Positions 8,639-16,876 of a stretch of 64,000 bases of DNA are shown in pieces (the stretch's first letter is position 1; each line of letters opens with the position of its first letter). The position numbers and the translations under genes were made by a program. The DNA comes from Desulfosudis oleivorans (GTDB lineage: Bacteria; Desulfobacterota; Desulfobacteria; Desulfobacterales; SURF-7), in assembly GCA_020723325.1 (NCBI GenBank), contig DYJD01000003.1, forward strand, positions 39,822-103,821, written 5' to 3'. Below the pieces are notes generated by a model, which was not told the origin of the DNA, made no database searches, and worked only from the letters and a program-made list of their open reading frames with translations.

Positions 8639-10305
8639 TGCCGCCTATGCAAGACCAGGAAAAAATTAAAATTCTGATTGTGGATGAACGGCCGGAGCGA
8701 TTGGCGGCCCTGGAAGAAATCCTGCAGCGGCCGGATCTTGCCGTAATGAAGGCGGGCGCGGCCAAGGAAGCCGCCATGCTGACCCTGGTGCATGATTTTG
8801 CATTGGTGCTGATGGATGTGGATACCTCCGGGCTGGATGTGTTCAAGACCGCTGAAATGATTTGCAGCAATGAGGCCACCCGTCATCTGCCAATTATTTT
8901 TATGACCGATTTCAACCGACAGGACAAAGGGGTTTTCCAGGGCTGCGGCGCCGGGGCGGTGGACTATGTTTTTAAACCTTTGGATCCGGATATTTTAAAG
9001 GTCAAGGTGGATTTGTTTTTATCCTTCCATCGCCAGAAGAAAGACCTGGAGCGGGCCGGCAGCGAATTGCGCCAGAAACTGGCGGAGTTGAACAAATCCA
9101 AGGAGATCATTGAAAAACAGAATTTAAAATTGAGTGAATTGGTGATCCGGGACGGCTTGACAGGTTTGTACAACCGTCACCATCTCCAGACCATCATAAC
9201 CCAGGAATTCGCCCGGGCCCAGCGCTATCGCACGGATCTATCCTGTTTGCTGATGGATTTGGATTTTTTCAAACAGATCAACGATTATTGCGGCCATGCC
9301 TGCGGGGACTATGTCTTGCGGGAATTTTCCGGGTGCCTGGCGCGCTTCACCCGGCGCACGGATTACGCCTTTCGCTACGGCGGCGAGGAATTTCTGGTGC
9401 TGTTGCCCCAGACGGATATCAAGGGCGCCCAAGCCCGGGGGGAGGCCATCCGCAAATGGAGCGAGGAGCGCGCCTATCGCGACGGCGAACGCAAAGTTAC
9501 GGTGACCGTCAGCATCGGCATTGTTTCCCTGGGCATGCATGCTCCGGAACGGCCGCGGGATATGATTGCTTTGGCGGACAAGGCCTTGTATCAGGCCAAG
9601 GCCGAAGGGCGCAATCGTGTCAAAATTTATCAAGCCGAGAACCTGGAGACCGCGGCGGTCCAAGGCGATCAAGCCATCCTGCAAAAGGATTTGCGCTATC
9701 TCAAGGAAAACCTGGCCGCCATACTAGAGAAAACCAAAAAAGCCTCCATGGAGTCCCTGGAACTCCTGTTGCGGGATCTGGGCGGGGATCGCTTTAAAAA
9801 GCAAAACCGGCGGGTGATCCAATACCTGCATCTTTTGGGCGGCAAATTGGGTTTGCCCTCATCGGTCACCGACGCCCTGAAGCGGGCGGTTATTTTTCAT
9901 GACTGTTTTAAAATTTTGCTGTCCGAGGAAGTCTTGCACAAAAAAGACCGTCTGACGGACAAGGAACGCTCGGAAATCGAAGCGCATCCGGCCATGCTGG
10001 CCGAGCTGACCGGCCTGTTCAATTTTTTTGCCGAAGAAAGGGATGTCCTGCTGCATCACCATGAGCATTACGACGGTTCCGGCTACCCCAAAGGCTTGAG
10101 CGGGGAGCAGATCCCCATGGGCGCGCGCCTGTTCGCCATTGTGGATGCTCTGGTGGCCATGACTTCGGATCGGGCCTATCGCGAAAAATTGACCATTGCC
10201 GATGCCATGAAAGAACTTGCGGAAAATGCGGGTAAGCAATTTGATCCCGGTCTTGTTCAAACCGCCATGGAACTCAGCGAAAGCGAAATGCGGATATTGG
10301 AGTAA
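8638..10305 (+). CDS. Response-regulator receiver - GGDEF - HD-GYP protein
   Basis: Start placed at ATG 8638, in a TGATG overlap with the upstream stop. Receiver: ILIVDE...LVLMDVD. RRTDYAFRYGGEEF gives the I-site RxxD plus GGEEF. HHHEHYDGSGYPKGL is the HD-GYP signature. Confidence 0.9.
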   Translation: MPPMQDQEKIKILIVDERPERLAALEEILQRPDLAVMKAGAAKEAAMLTLVHDFALVLMDVDTSGLDVFKTAEMICSNEATRHLPIIFMTDFNRQDKGVFQGCGAGAVDYVFKPLDPDILKVKVDLFLSFHRQKKDLERAGSELRQKLAELNKSKEIIEKQNLKLSELVIRDGLTGLYNRHHLQTIITQEFARAQRYRTDLSCLLMDLDFFKQINDYCGHACGDYVLREFSGCLARFTRRTDYAFRYGGEEFLVLLPQTDIKGAQARGEAIRKWSEERAYRDGERKVTVTVSIGIVSLGMHAPERPRDMIALADKALYQAKAEGRNRVKIYQAENLETAAVQGDQAILQKDLRYLKENLAAILEKTKKASMESLELLLRDLGGDRFKKQNRRVIQYLHLLGGKLGLPSSVTDALKRAVIFHDCFKILLSEEVLHKKDRLTDKERSEIEAHPAMLAELTGLFNFFAEERDVLLHHHEHYDGSGYPKGLSGEQIPMGARLFAIVDALVAMTSDRAYREKLTIADAMKELAENAGKQFDPGLVQTAMELSESEMRILE

Positions 10306-10324
10306 TCCTGCAGAGGAGGAAAGC

Positions 10325-10855
10325 ATGCGCGAATCCAAACATTTGAAAGTGAATGAAGACAATTTGCGAAAACTCCTGGCCTTGCCGATTTTAAAGGATT
10401 TCGAAATCAAGGATCTTGAGGGCTTGTTGCAGGTCAGCAAGGTGCGACAATATGACCCTGATGAAGTCATCATCCAGGAGGGGGAAGTTGATTCCCGTAT
10501 TTTTTTTCTGATCTCAGGCGGTGTCCGGATCAACAAGAACGGCGAAGACATTGGTTTTTTAAAGCGCCGGGGCGATTTGTTCGGCGAGATGGGAGCCATC
10601 AGCGACAAAGATCGATCGGCATCGGTTTATGCAGTGGAGGAGACCACTTGCCTCACCATTGATACCGACTATGTCGAGAAACTGGCCGGCGCGGATAAGG
10701 TCGCTTTCTGCTATATCCTTTTCCGGGGGATTGCCAATATCCTGGTGGAGCGCATGCGCAAAACCGATGAACAGCTTGTCCAGGTCATGGCGGAGATCGC
10801 CGACCTGACCAAAACCGTCAAGGCCTATAAGGATAAATACGGCGTGCTCAACTGA
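10325..10855 (+). CDS. Stand-alone cyclic-nucleotide-binding domain protein
   Basis: ATG 10325 lies behind GAGGAGGA. FFLISGGVRI...GDLFGEMGAIS...RSASVYA are CAP-family cNMP-binding signatures. No HTH follows. Confidence 0.8.
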   Translation: MRESKHLKVNEDNLRKLLALPILKDFEIKDLEGLLQVSKVRQYDPDEVIIQEGEVDSRIFFLISGGVRINKNGEDIGFLKRRGDLFGEMGAISDKDRSASVYAVEETTCLTIDTDYVEKLAGADKVAFCYILFRGIANILVERMRKTDEQLVQVMAEIADLTKTVKAYKDKYGVLN

Positions 10856-10884
10856 ACTTCACACTTCTAACTTCACACTTCACT
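10856..10884. repeat. Short tandem ACTTCACACTTC direct repeat between convergent genes
   Basis: ACTTCACACTTCTAACTTCACACTTCAC is read directly from the sequence. Confidence 0.5.
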
Positions 10885-12148
10885 GTTTTTTTATTATGGT
10901 CCCATAAAAGGGATTGAAACCCTCTTCCGCGAAAATATACCAGGCCGTGGCGCCGATGTGGGGGTGGGCGTAGTAGTTCCAGCCCAGCCCGGTGGTGACG
11001 CGGGAATCCCGGGCGGCGGCCGGCAGACCTTTGCCATTGCCGCCCCGGCCTGTGCTCTGGGCCCGGCGCAGCTCGTCCAGATAGAATCCGGCCTTACGGT
11101 CATCATGGATGGCCCGGAATGCCAGGGTCATGTGGGCTGTGCCCTCGAACCAGATCCCATCCTTGTCCGTGTTGAAATCAAATCCACTGAACCCATCCTG
11201 TTGAACTATGCAGGATTTTAAGGCCCAGGAAAGGGCTTGGGGGTATTGACCCAGGGCCAGAACGGCCCAGGCTTGAATATCCAGGGGCGGATCAGCAGTC
11301 TGGGCGGTTTGGCCGTCCGGGTTGGTGCCGATCCACAAATGGTCTCCGGCCCACATGGAGGCGACGAAGCGCCCGGCATGGTCGGCCCGCTGCTTCCAGG
11401 TGTTGTCCGCGGTGATGCGCTGGAGCAAGGTGAAGGCCGCCGTAAGGTCAAGGTTGTGCTCGGTGGATTTCCAGGAAATGGTTTGGGGCGTCGGCTCCCA
11501 ACCCTCAAAGCCGCCGCGATAGCCGCCGGCCTCATCCTTTGTATTATTTTCAATCCATCGGCCAAGAGCAATGGCGGTTGACCGATAGGATTCGCCGCCA
11601 TGGGCATGGTAGTACTGGGCTAGGGCCATGATCACCCAGGCCAGGTTGCCGGTGTGGATGCTTACCTGGAAGCGATCCTCTTGCCACTGGTCGGCCTTGT
11701 GATTCCAGAAACCGGGAAGCGCGGCTTTGCCGTTGGCCGGGTTCAGCAGTTGTTTGGCGGAATAGGCATTGCGCAGGCGGCCGTCGGTGTATGTCCGATC
11801 ATGGGTTGCGGCAAAAACAAAGGCCTCGGCAATGGTTCTGGCCCGGGCCCTGTCCCCCGCCTGGTTGCGGTGTAGATAAGCCAGTAGTACAAGGGCATTG
11901 TCATAAATGAAAGCCGCGTCACTGATGGCCGGGTCCAGTTCGCCGGCGTTTGTTTTTGCATAGCTCGCCAACAATCGCCTGGGGACTTCCCCTCTATAAT
12001 AGCGGTCCATGACCTCATCCAGGTGCTGGTAGGCAAGACGGGTATCGGCTGTGGCCGGATATACCGCTACCAGGCCGATGTAGAGTATTCCGATCAATAA
12101 TTCTAACCCCCATCCTCGGCCTCTGCTCCTGCTCCTGCTCTTGCTCAT
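10880..12148 (-). CDS. Exported/anchored protein of unknown function, possibly a six-hairpin (alpha/alpha)6 glycosidase-like fold
   Basis: Start at ATG 12148 (MSKSRSR...). Hydrophobic N-terminal segment LLIGILYIGLVAVYPATA. Helical repeat pattern rich in W, Y and G. No catalytic motif recognised. Confidence 0.55.
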   Translation of the reverse strand: MSKSRSRSRGRGWGLELLIGILYIGLVAVYPATADTRLAYQHLDEVMDRYYRGEVPRRLLASYAKTNAGELDPAISDAAFIYDNALVLLAYLHRNQAGDRARARTIAEAFVFAATHDRTYTDGRLRNAYSAKQLLNPANGKAALPGFWNHKADQWQEDRFQVSIHTGNLAWVIMALAQYYHAHGGESYRSTAIALGRWIENNTKDEAGGYRGGFEGWEPTPQTISWKSTEHNLDLTAAFTLLQRITADNTWKQRADHAGRFVASMWAGDHLWIGTNPDGQTAQTADPPLDIQAWAVLALGQYPQALSWALKSCIVQQDGFSGFDFNTDKDGIWFEGTAHMTLAFRAIHDDRKAGFYLDELRRAQSTGRGGNGKGLPAAARDSRVTTGLGWNYYAHPHIGATAWYIFAEEGFNPFYGTIIKKQ

Positions 12149-12192
12149 AATCTTCTTTCTCTCTTTTATCTGAATCACATTCAACACTTATC

Positions 12193-12347
12193 ATCGGGGT
12201 CGGGGTCGCTATCGGTATCGGCGTCGAATCCTTTATCTTCTGATTTATTCGGTGGGCTGTCCTATCTATGAAAGAAAAATGCTTTGGTGATCTTTCGATT
12301 GTGATACCGACCCCGATACCGACCCCGACCCCGACCCCGAAAAAAAC
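12193..12347. repeat. GGGGTC/GGTATC hexamer-arm inverted-repeat element, family 3, copy 1
   Basis: Left arm ATCGGGGTCGGGGTCGCTATCGGTATCGGCGTCGAA. Right arm GATACCGACCCCGATACCGACCCCGACCCCGACCCCGAAAAAAA. Spacer is ~70 nt. Confidence 0.85.
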
Positions 12348-12391
12348 CGACATACTATTCCCCTGGTTGGGGCAGAGCACCGGCATTGTAG

Positions 12392-12997
12392 TCAATCCCC
12401 CAAAACAAAACGATGGATCATATCTGTCAGAGCCTCGATCAGACGCTGGTCATCCATGGACGGGCCGATGAATTTGGCAGTGTGAGCCACATTTTCCACA
12501 GCATTTTGAATGATGACCGCCGCAGCCGGGAGGTCCTCCACCCGCAGGTGCGGCCGGTTTTTTCCCAATAAGGCGGTTATCTGCTTGACCTCACGATTGC
12601 GTTCGCGATCGTAGATCCGGTTGATATCCGGGTCGGAATAACGCAGGGCGTGGGTTTGCCGGTGGAATTCAGGGGAGATATCATAGGCGGCGAATACATT
12701 TTCAATGATAGCTCTAATATCTCCGCGCTCCAGCCTTTCCAGGGCTTGGTTTTCCAGGGTATCCCAGATTCTGGAATAATGGGCGTCCAAGTATTCCTCC
12801 AGCATTTCCAGCAACAGCACTTTTTTATTTTTAAAATAGGAATAAAAACTGCCTATGGACACGCCGGCCTTTTCAGCGATTTCTTTTGAATTAGTCCCAT
12901 GAATGCCCTTGCGGGCAAACAATTGCATGGCCGCCTTGATAATGCTGTTTCTGGTCTGCTTTCCGCGGGCCTGTTGCGGTGTTCTTACCGCTCTCAT
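12392..12997 (-). CDS. TetR/AcrR family transcriptional regulator
   Basis: ATG 12997 lies behind AAGGAGGT. IIKAAMQLFARKGIHGTNSKEIAEKAGVSIGSFYSYFKNK is a TetR HTH. Confidence 0.9.
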   Translation of the reverse strand: MRAVRTPQQARGKQTRNSIIKAAMQLFARKGIHGTNSKEIAEKAGVSIGSFYSYFKNKKVLLLEMLEEYLDAHYSRIWDTLENQALERLERGDIRAIIENVFAAYDISPEFHRQTHALRYSDPDINRIYDRERNREVKQITALLGKNRPHLRVEDLPAAAVIIQNAVENVAHTAKFIGPSMDDQRLIEALTDMIHRFVLGD

Positions 12998-13037
12998 GTT
13001 TTTACCTCCTTGTTCCTTCGAGGGGAATTGCATGTAG

Positions 13038-13185
13038 TTTTTTCGGGGTCGGTATCGGTATCGCAATCAATTCACTTTTTGCAATATTCCAACAAAGCAA
13101 GCGGGTCATGACGGAAAAGTTTTGACTTGTCTAATCGATTGATATTTCGACCCCGATACCGATAGCGACCCCGACCCCGAAAACC
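13038..13185. repeat. GGGGTC/GGTATC hexamer-arm inverted-repeat element, family 3, copy 2
   Basis: TTTTTTCGGGGTCGGTATCGGTATCG ... CGACCCCGATACCGATAGCGACCCCGACCCCGAAAACC. Confidence 0.85.
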
Positions 13186-13248
13186 AAATGCGATTGCCCT
13201 ACACTCTGACTTCCCACTGTAGCCTCTCCCCAACTATCTGTCAATAAT

Positions 13249-13335
13249 ATGAACCAAAATTCATGTAATTTTTATAACATATTTAAATAACAAAAGATAA
13301 AAAATATTGACTTTATGAACTAATATTCGTATTTA
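13249..13335 (+). promoter_or_regulatory. Candidate sigma70-type promoter with two copies of a 16-nt pseudo-palindrome (candidate TetR operator)
   Basis: TTGACT (13307-13312), a 17-nt spacer, then TATTTA (13330-13335). ATGAACCAAAATTCAT lies at 13249-13264 and ATGAACTAATATTCGT at 13315-13330; the second fills the spacer. Confidence 0.45.
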
Positions 13336-13387
13336 TAGCCAAATACAATCAAGCACAATCAAACGCATCTTTTCAGGGGAGTAAAAT

Positions 13388-14605
13388 ATGAAGGCGCTTC
13401 AATTCAGTGTCGGCGTGCCCCAATTTCTTGCGGCTAAAACCCTGCGGCTGCTTTTCGGCAATGCGGTTTTTTATCAAGGCCCGGTGAGAACCATCCGCTT
13501 GGTGGATGTGCCGGAACCTGCTTTACCGGGCCCGGATTGGGTCAAGCTGCGAACCATCTATTGCGGATTTTGCGGCAGTGACCTGAATTTGATCCTGCTG
13601 CATGATTCCCCCACGGCTTCGCCGTTTACTTCATTCCCTTGCATCACCGGCCATGAGATTGTGGGGGAAGTCGTGGAAAGCGGCGCTGCTACAGGCTTCA
13701 AAGCTGGCGAGCGCGTGGTGGTCAATCCGATTTTGGGATGCGAAACCCGGGGAATCACGCCGGTATGTCCGGCCTGCCGCCAGGGCCGGCCCGGCAATTG
13801 CGAGAATTTCGCCCGGGGCAAGCTGCCCCCGGGCATGTTCATCGGCATCAACAGCGGCATCAACGGCGGTTTCGCACCCTACCTGGCGGTGCATAAAAGT
13901 CAGTTGTACCGGGTGCCGGATGGCCTCAGTCTGGAAGCGGCGGTGATGACCGAACCTTTGGCCGTGGCCCTGCAAACCATTTTCGACAATCAGCCCGCAG
14001 CGGGTGAAAACCTGCTGGTGATCGGCGGGGGTGTTATCGGCCATCTGATCCTTCGCTCCCTGCGGGCGCTTACAAGCGGCTGCCGCATCGCCGTGCTGGA
14101 GCCGGCGGCTTTTGCAGCCCAATCCGCCCAGGAGGCCGGCGCGGATGAAATTCTGTCCATTGCCGATATTTTCGGCAAGGCCGCCCGGCTGACCGGCGCA
14201 ACCGCCTACAAACCCATGCTGGGCGCGCAGATCCTCATGGGTGGTTTCAACCGGATTTACGATACAGTGGGCAACGCCGCCACATTGAATCTTTCCATGC
14301 GCTTGCTGGCCGCGGGCGGAACCCTCAGTGTGGTCGGTATCGGCGCGGACGTAAAGCTGGATTTAACCCCGTTGTGGTTGAAGCTTCAAACTATAAAAGG
14401 GGTCTATGCCTACGGGACGGCAACCTTCCGGAATGAAAAGCGTCACGTGTTTGAAATCGCCTTGGAGCTGATGAAAGCGAGGCAAATCGTTGCCGAAGGC
14501 CTGGTCACCCATAAATTTCGGATAGAAGATTACCATCGTATGCTGGAGGTGAATCTCAACAAAGGCAAACACCGGGCCATGAAAACCGTAGTGGCTTTTA
14601 ACTGA
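13388..14605 (+). CDS. Zinc-dependent medium-chain alcohol dehydrogenase family protein
   Basis: GHEIVGEVVE catalytic-zinc motif, a four-Cys structural-zinc cluster (C-x8-CPACRQGRPGNC) and the GGGVIGHL Rossmann motif. Confidence 0.85.
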   Translation: MKALQFSVGVPQFLAAKTLRLLFGNAVFYQGPVRTIRLVDVPEPALPGPDWVKLRTIYCGFCGSDLNLILLHDSPTASPFTSFPCITGHEIVGEVVESGAATGFKAGERVVVNPILGCETRGITPVCPACRQGRPGNCENFARGKLPPGMFIGINSGINGGFAPYLAVHKSQLYRVPDGLSLEAAVMTEPLAVALQTIFDNQPAAGENLLVIGGGVIGHLILRSLRALTSGCRIAVLEPAAFAAQSAQEAGADEILSIADIFGKAARLTGATAYKPMLGAQILMGGFNRIYDTVGNAATLNLSMRLLAAGGTLSVVGIGADVKLDLTPLWLKLQTIKGVYAYGTATFRNEKRHVFEIALELMKARQIVAEGLVTHKFRIEDYHRMLEVNLNKGKHRAMKTVVAFN

Positions 14606-14626
14606 AGGATTGAAAGGAGAAGACCC

Positions 14627-14983
14627 ATGCGTTTTTCAATACTCTTATTTGTGCTTTATCTGGCATTGAAAGTAGCCTCCATAATCAATAAGGCCTTTCG
14701 AAAACATATCGCCAAGATCAATGCCAAAGTACTCATCAAAACCGCCGACGGCAACCGGGCCCGGCTTTTTGTTTTCAACAAGGGCACGGTCACAAGTCTG
14801 CCGGGGGATCAGAAGGAGTTCGATGTGGCGCTGATATGGCAGGATGCGGCCACGGGTTTTTCCGTGATGACCGCTAAGCGCGGCGATGCTTCTTTCAATG
14901 CCGCGGCCGCAGGGAAACTCAAGGTTGCGGGCATGAGTGTTTATGCCCAGTGGTTTGAAAACGGGGTCAAACTAGTACTGTAA
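14627..14983 (+). CDS. Membrane-anchored SCP2-like (sterol-carrier-like) small protein
   Basis: N-terminal TM segment ILLFVLYLALKVASII. The C-terminal FNAAAAGKLKVAGMSVYAQWF resembles the SCP2 GKLK(I/V)xG motif. Confidence 0.6.
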   Translation: MRFSILLFVLYLALKVASIINKAFRKHIAKINAKVLIKTADGNRARLFVFNKGTVTSLPGDQKEFDVALIWQDAATGFSVMTAKRGDASFNAAAAGKLKVAGMSVYAQWFENGVKLVL

Positions 14984-15011
14984 TTCAGCATGAAAATCAA
15001 AGGAGGATGAC

Positions 15012-16679
15012 ATGACAAAAATACACGGCGGCCATTTGGTGGCCAAATATTTGAAGGAAGTGCAAAAGGTCAGCATGGTGTTCACCCTGTCCGGCGGGCA
15101 CATTGAGAATATCCTGGACGGCTTTACGGAATACAAGATCAGGACCATCGATGTGCGCCATGAACAGGCGGCGGCCATGATGGCCCATGCCTGGTCGATT
15201 TATACCGGCGAACCAGGCGTTTGTCTGGTGACCGCCGGTCCGGGCTTCACCAATGCGCTGACCGGCATCGTGAACGCTCATCTGGACAATGCCCCCCTGG
15301 TGGTATTGTGCGGCCGCCATCCCCTGCGGGACGATTTGACCGGCGCCCTGCAGGAAATGAACCAGATCGACATGATCAAACCCGTGACCAAGTGGCAAGC
15401 CACCTGTTATGAGACCAAACGCATCCCTGAATATCTGGCCCTGGCTTTTCGCCATGCCACCATGGGCAGGCCCGGCCCGGTTTTTTTGGAATTGCCGCCC
15501 GACATTTTGTTTGTGCAGACGGATTTGGAATCCGTGGTCATCCCACCCCGGCGCACTCACAAGACCGCAACGCATCCGGAGGTGTCCGAGCTGGAAAAGG
15601 CGGCGGTCCTCATCAACAGCGCCCAGCGCCCGATCTTTTTGGGCGGCAGCGGTGTGGGCATGAGCGCTTGCGGCGATGTCTTGAAAGCCTTCATGGAGAA
15701 AAGCGGTTTGCCTTTCTGCTTGTTGAACAACGGCCGCGGCATGCTGCCCGACGACCATCCGCTTTCCATCAGCGACGGCGGTTTCACCGGAATCATGACC
15801 GGTCTGCCCCAGGCGGATGTGATCGTGGCCGCCGGTATTCGTTTTAACTGGGTCCTGCAATCCGGCAAACTTTTTCCAGGCGCCAAGGTCATCCGCATCG
15901 ACATCGATCCCCATGAAGTGGATCGCAATCGGCCGGCTGAAGTGGGATTGGTTGGGGATTGCGGTTATGTTCTCAACCAGTTGCTTCAAAAGATCCAGGC
16001 CCGGGATCATGCCGGCTGGCTCACAAAACTCAGGAGCGCCTATAAGGCTTTCATGATCACCGAGCTGGAAAAAAGAACAACCCCCGCGGAACCCATCCAT
16101 CCCATCCGGTTGGTGGCGCGGATCATGGAGGTTTTCGGTCTGGATGCCTATTATGTGGCCGACGGCGGCGACACCAGTTACTATGGTCTGGCCGGGTTCT
16201 TGTCGTCCCAGAAGGCTGGGGTGATGGTTCCGGCCGGTGCTTTGCTGGGCTGTTTGGGAACCGGGATTCCCTTTGCCCTGGCCGCCAAACTGGCCCATCC
16301 TGCCAAACCGGTGATCGTGCTCAACGGCGATGGCTCCTTTGGCTTCAACAGCATGGAATTCGACACGGCGGTGCGCCACAATATCCCCATTATCTGCGTG
16401 GTGAACAACGACTGCGCCTGGGGCATGATCAAACACTCCCAGGAAATGAGCATCGGCAGCGACCGCTGCACCTGCGCGGAACTGGGTATGCGTCACTATG
16501 AAAAAATGGTGGAAGGCCTGGGCGGCCATGGCGAGTTGGTGACCCGGGACGAGGAAATCATTCCGGCCATCAAGCGGGCCGTGGCTTCCGGCAAGCCCGC
16601 CTGTATCAACGTGATCACGGACCCCAATGTCACCAGTCCGGCCACGGTGATGTTCTACCAAAATTTGTCTGATTTCTAA
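15012..16679 (+). CDS. Thiamine-diphosphate-dependent enzyme (acetolactate-synthase / oxalyl-CoA-decarboxylase-like)
   Basis: EQAAAMMAHAW and GPGFTNA in the N-terminal pyrimidine-binding domain. ThDP motif LNGDGSFGFN...VVNN. Three-domain length of 555 aa. Confidence 0.9.
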   Translation: MTKIHGGHLVAKYLKEVQKVSMVFTLSGGHIENILDGFTEYKIRTIDVRHEQAAAMMAHAWSIYTGEPGVCLVTAGPGFTNALTGIVNAHLDNAPLVVLCGRHPLRDDLTGALQEMNQIDMIKPVTKWQATCYETKRIPEYLALAFRHATMGRPGPVFLELPPDILFVQTDLESVVIPPRRTHKTATHPEVSELEKAAVLINSAQRPIFLGGSGVGMSACGDVLKAFMEKSGLPFCLLNNGRGMLPDDHPLSISDGGFTGIMTGLPQADVIVAAGIRFNWVLQSGKLFPGAKVIRIDIDPHEVDRNRPAEVGLVGDCGYVLNQLLQKIQARDHAGWLTKLRSAYKAFMITELEKRTTPAEPIHPIRLVARIMEVFGLDAYYVADGGDTSYYGLAGFLSSQKAGVMVPAGALLGCLGTGIPFALAAKLAHPAKPVIVLNGDGSFGFNSMEFDTAVRHNIPIICVVNNDCAWGMIKHSQEMSIGSDRCTCAELGMRHYEKMVEGLGGHGELVTRDEEIIPAIKRAVASGKPACINVITDPNVTSPATVMFYQNLSDF

Positions 16680-16876
16680 TAGTGCAACAGCGTAGCAGCA
16701 TTCATGTCAACGGCTCATGGAGTATTACCTTTGAGCGGGAAGAAGGTGATGCGTTTAGAGTCGATTTTGAACAATATCATTGAGGGTAGGATCATGGGAG
16801 AATATTTTGTGAAGCGCCCTTTGAAGCACAGTAGTGATAGGTCTTTGTGGTATCAGACTCCCTGAAAATCTGAATT

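Noticed and set aside
12015-12471. ORFs encoding PIPTPTPTP / GVGVGIGVG stretches (12015-12395 minus, 12268-12471 plus, and also 25511-25864).
   Set aside because: They are translations of the GGGGTC/GGTATC hexamer repeat arms and other REP units, and they lie in intergenic repeat elements.
12193-13185. Possible CRISPR array, suggested by the many short direct repeats.
   Set aside because: The repeat units are 6-8 nt tandem motifs arranged as inverted arms. They are not 25-40-nt repeats separated by unique spacers, and I recognised no cas genes in the window.
14997-16661. 554-aa minus-strand ORF antisense to the ThDP-enzyme gene. Similar long antisense ORFs occur at 2865-3809, 7037-8056, 27762-29423, 33345-34382, 41980-43314, 46176-47354 and 60752-61810.
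   Set aside because: These are shadow ORFs, typical of GC-rich coding DNA. Their translations are low-complexity (rich in G, A, R, H, P) with no family motifs. The opposite strand carries unmistakable family signatures in each case.
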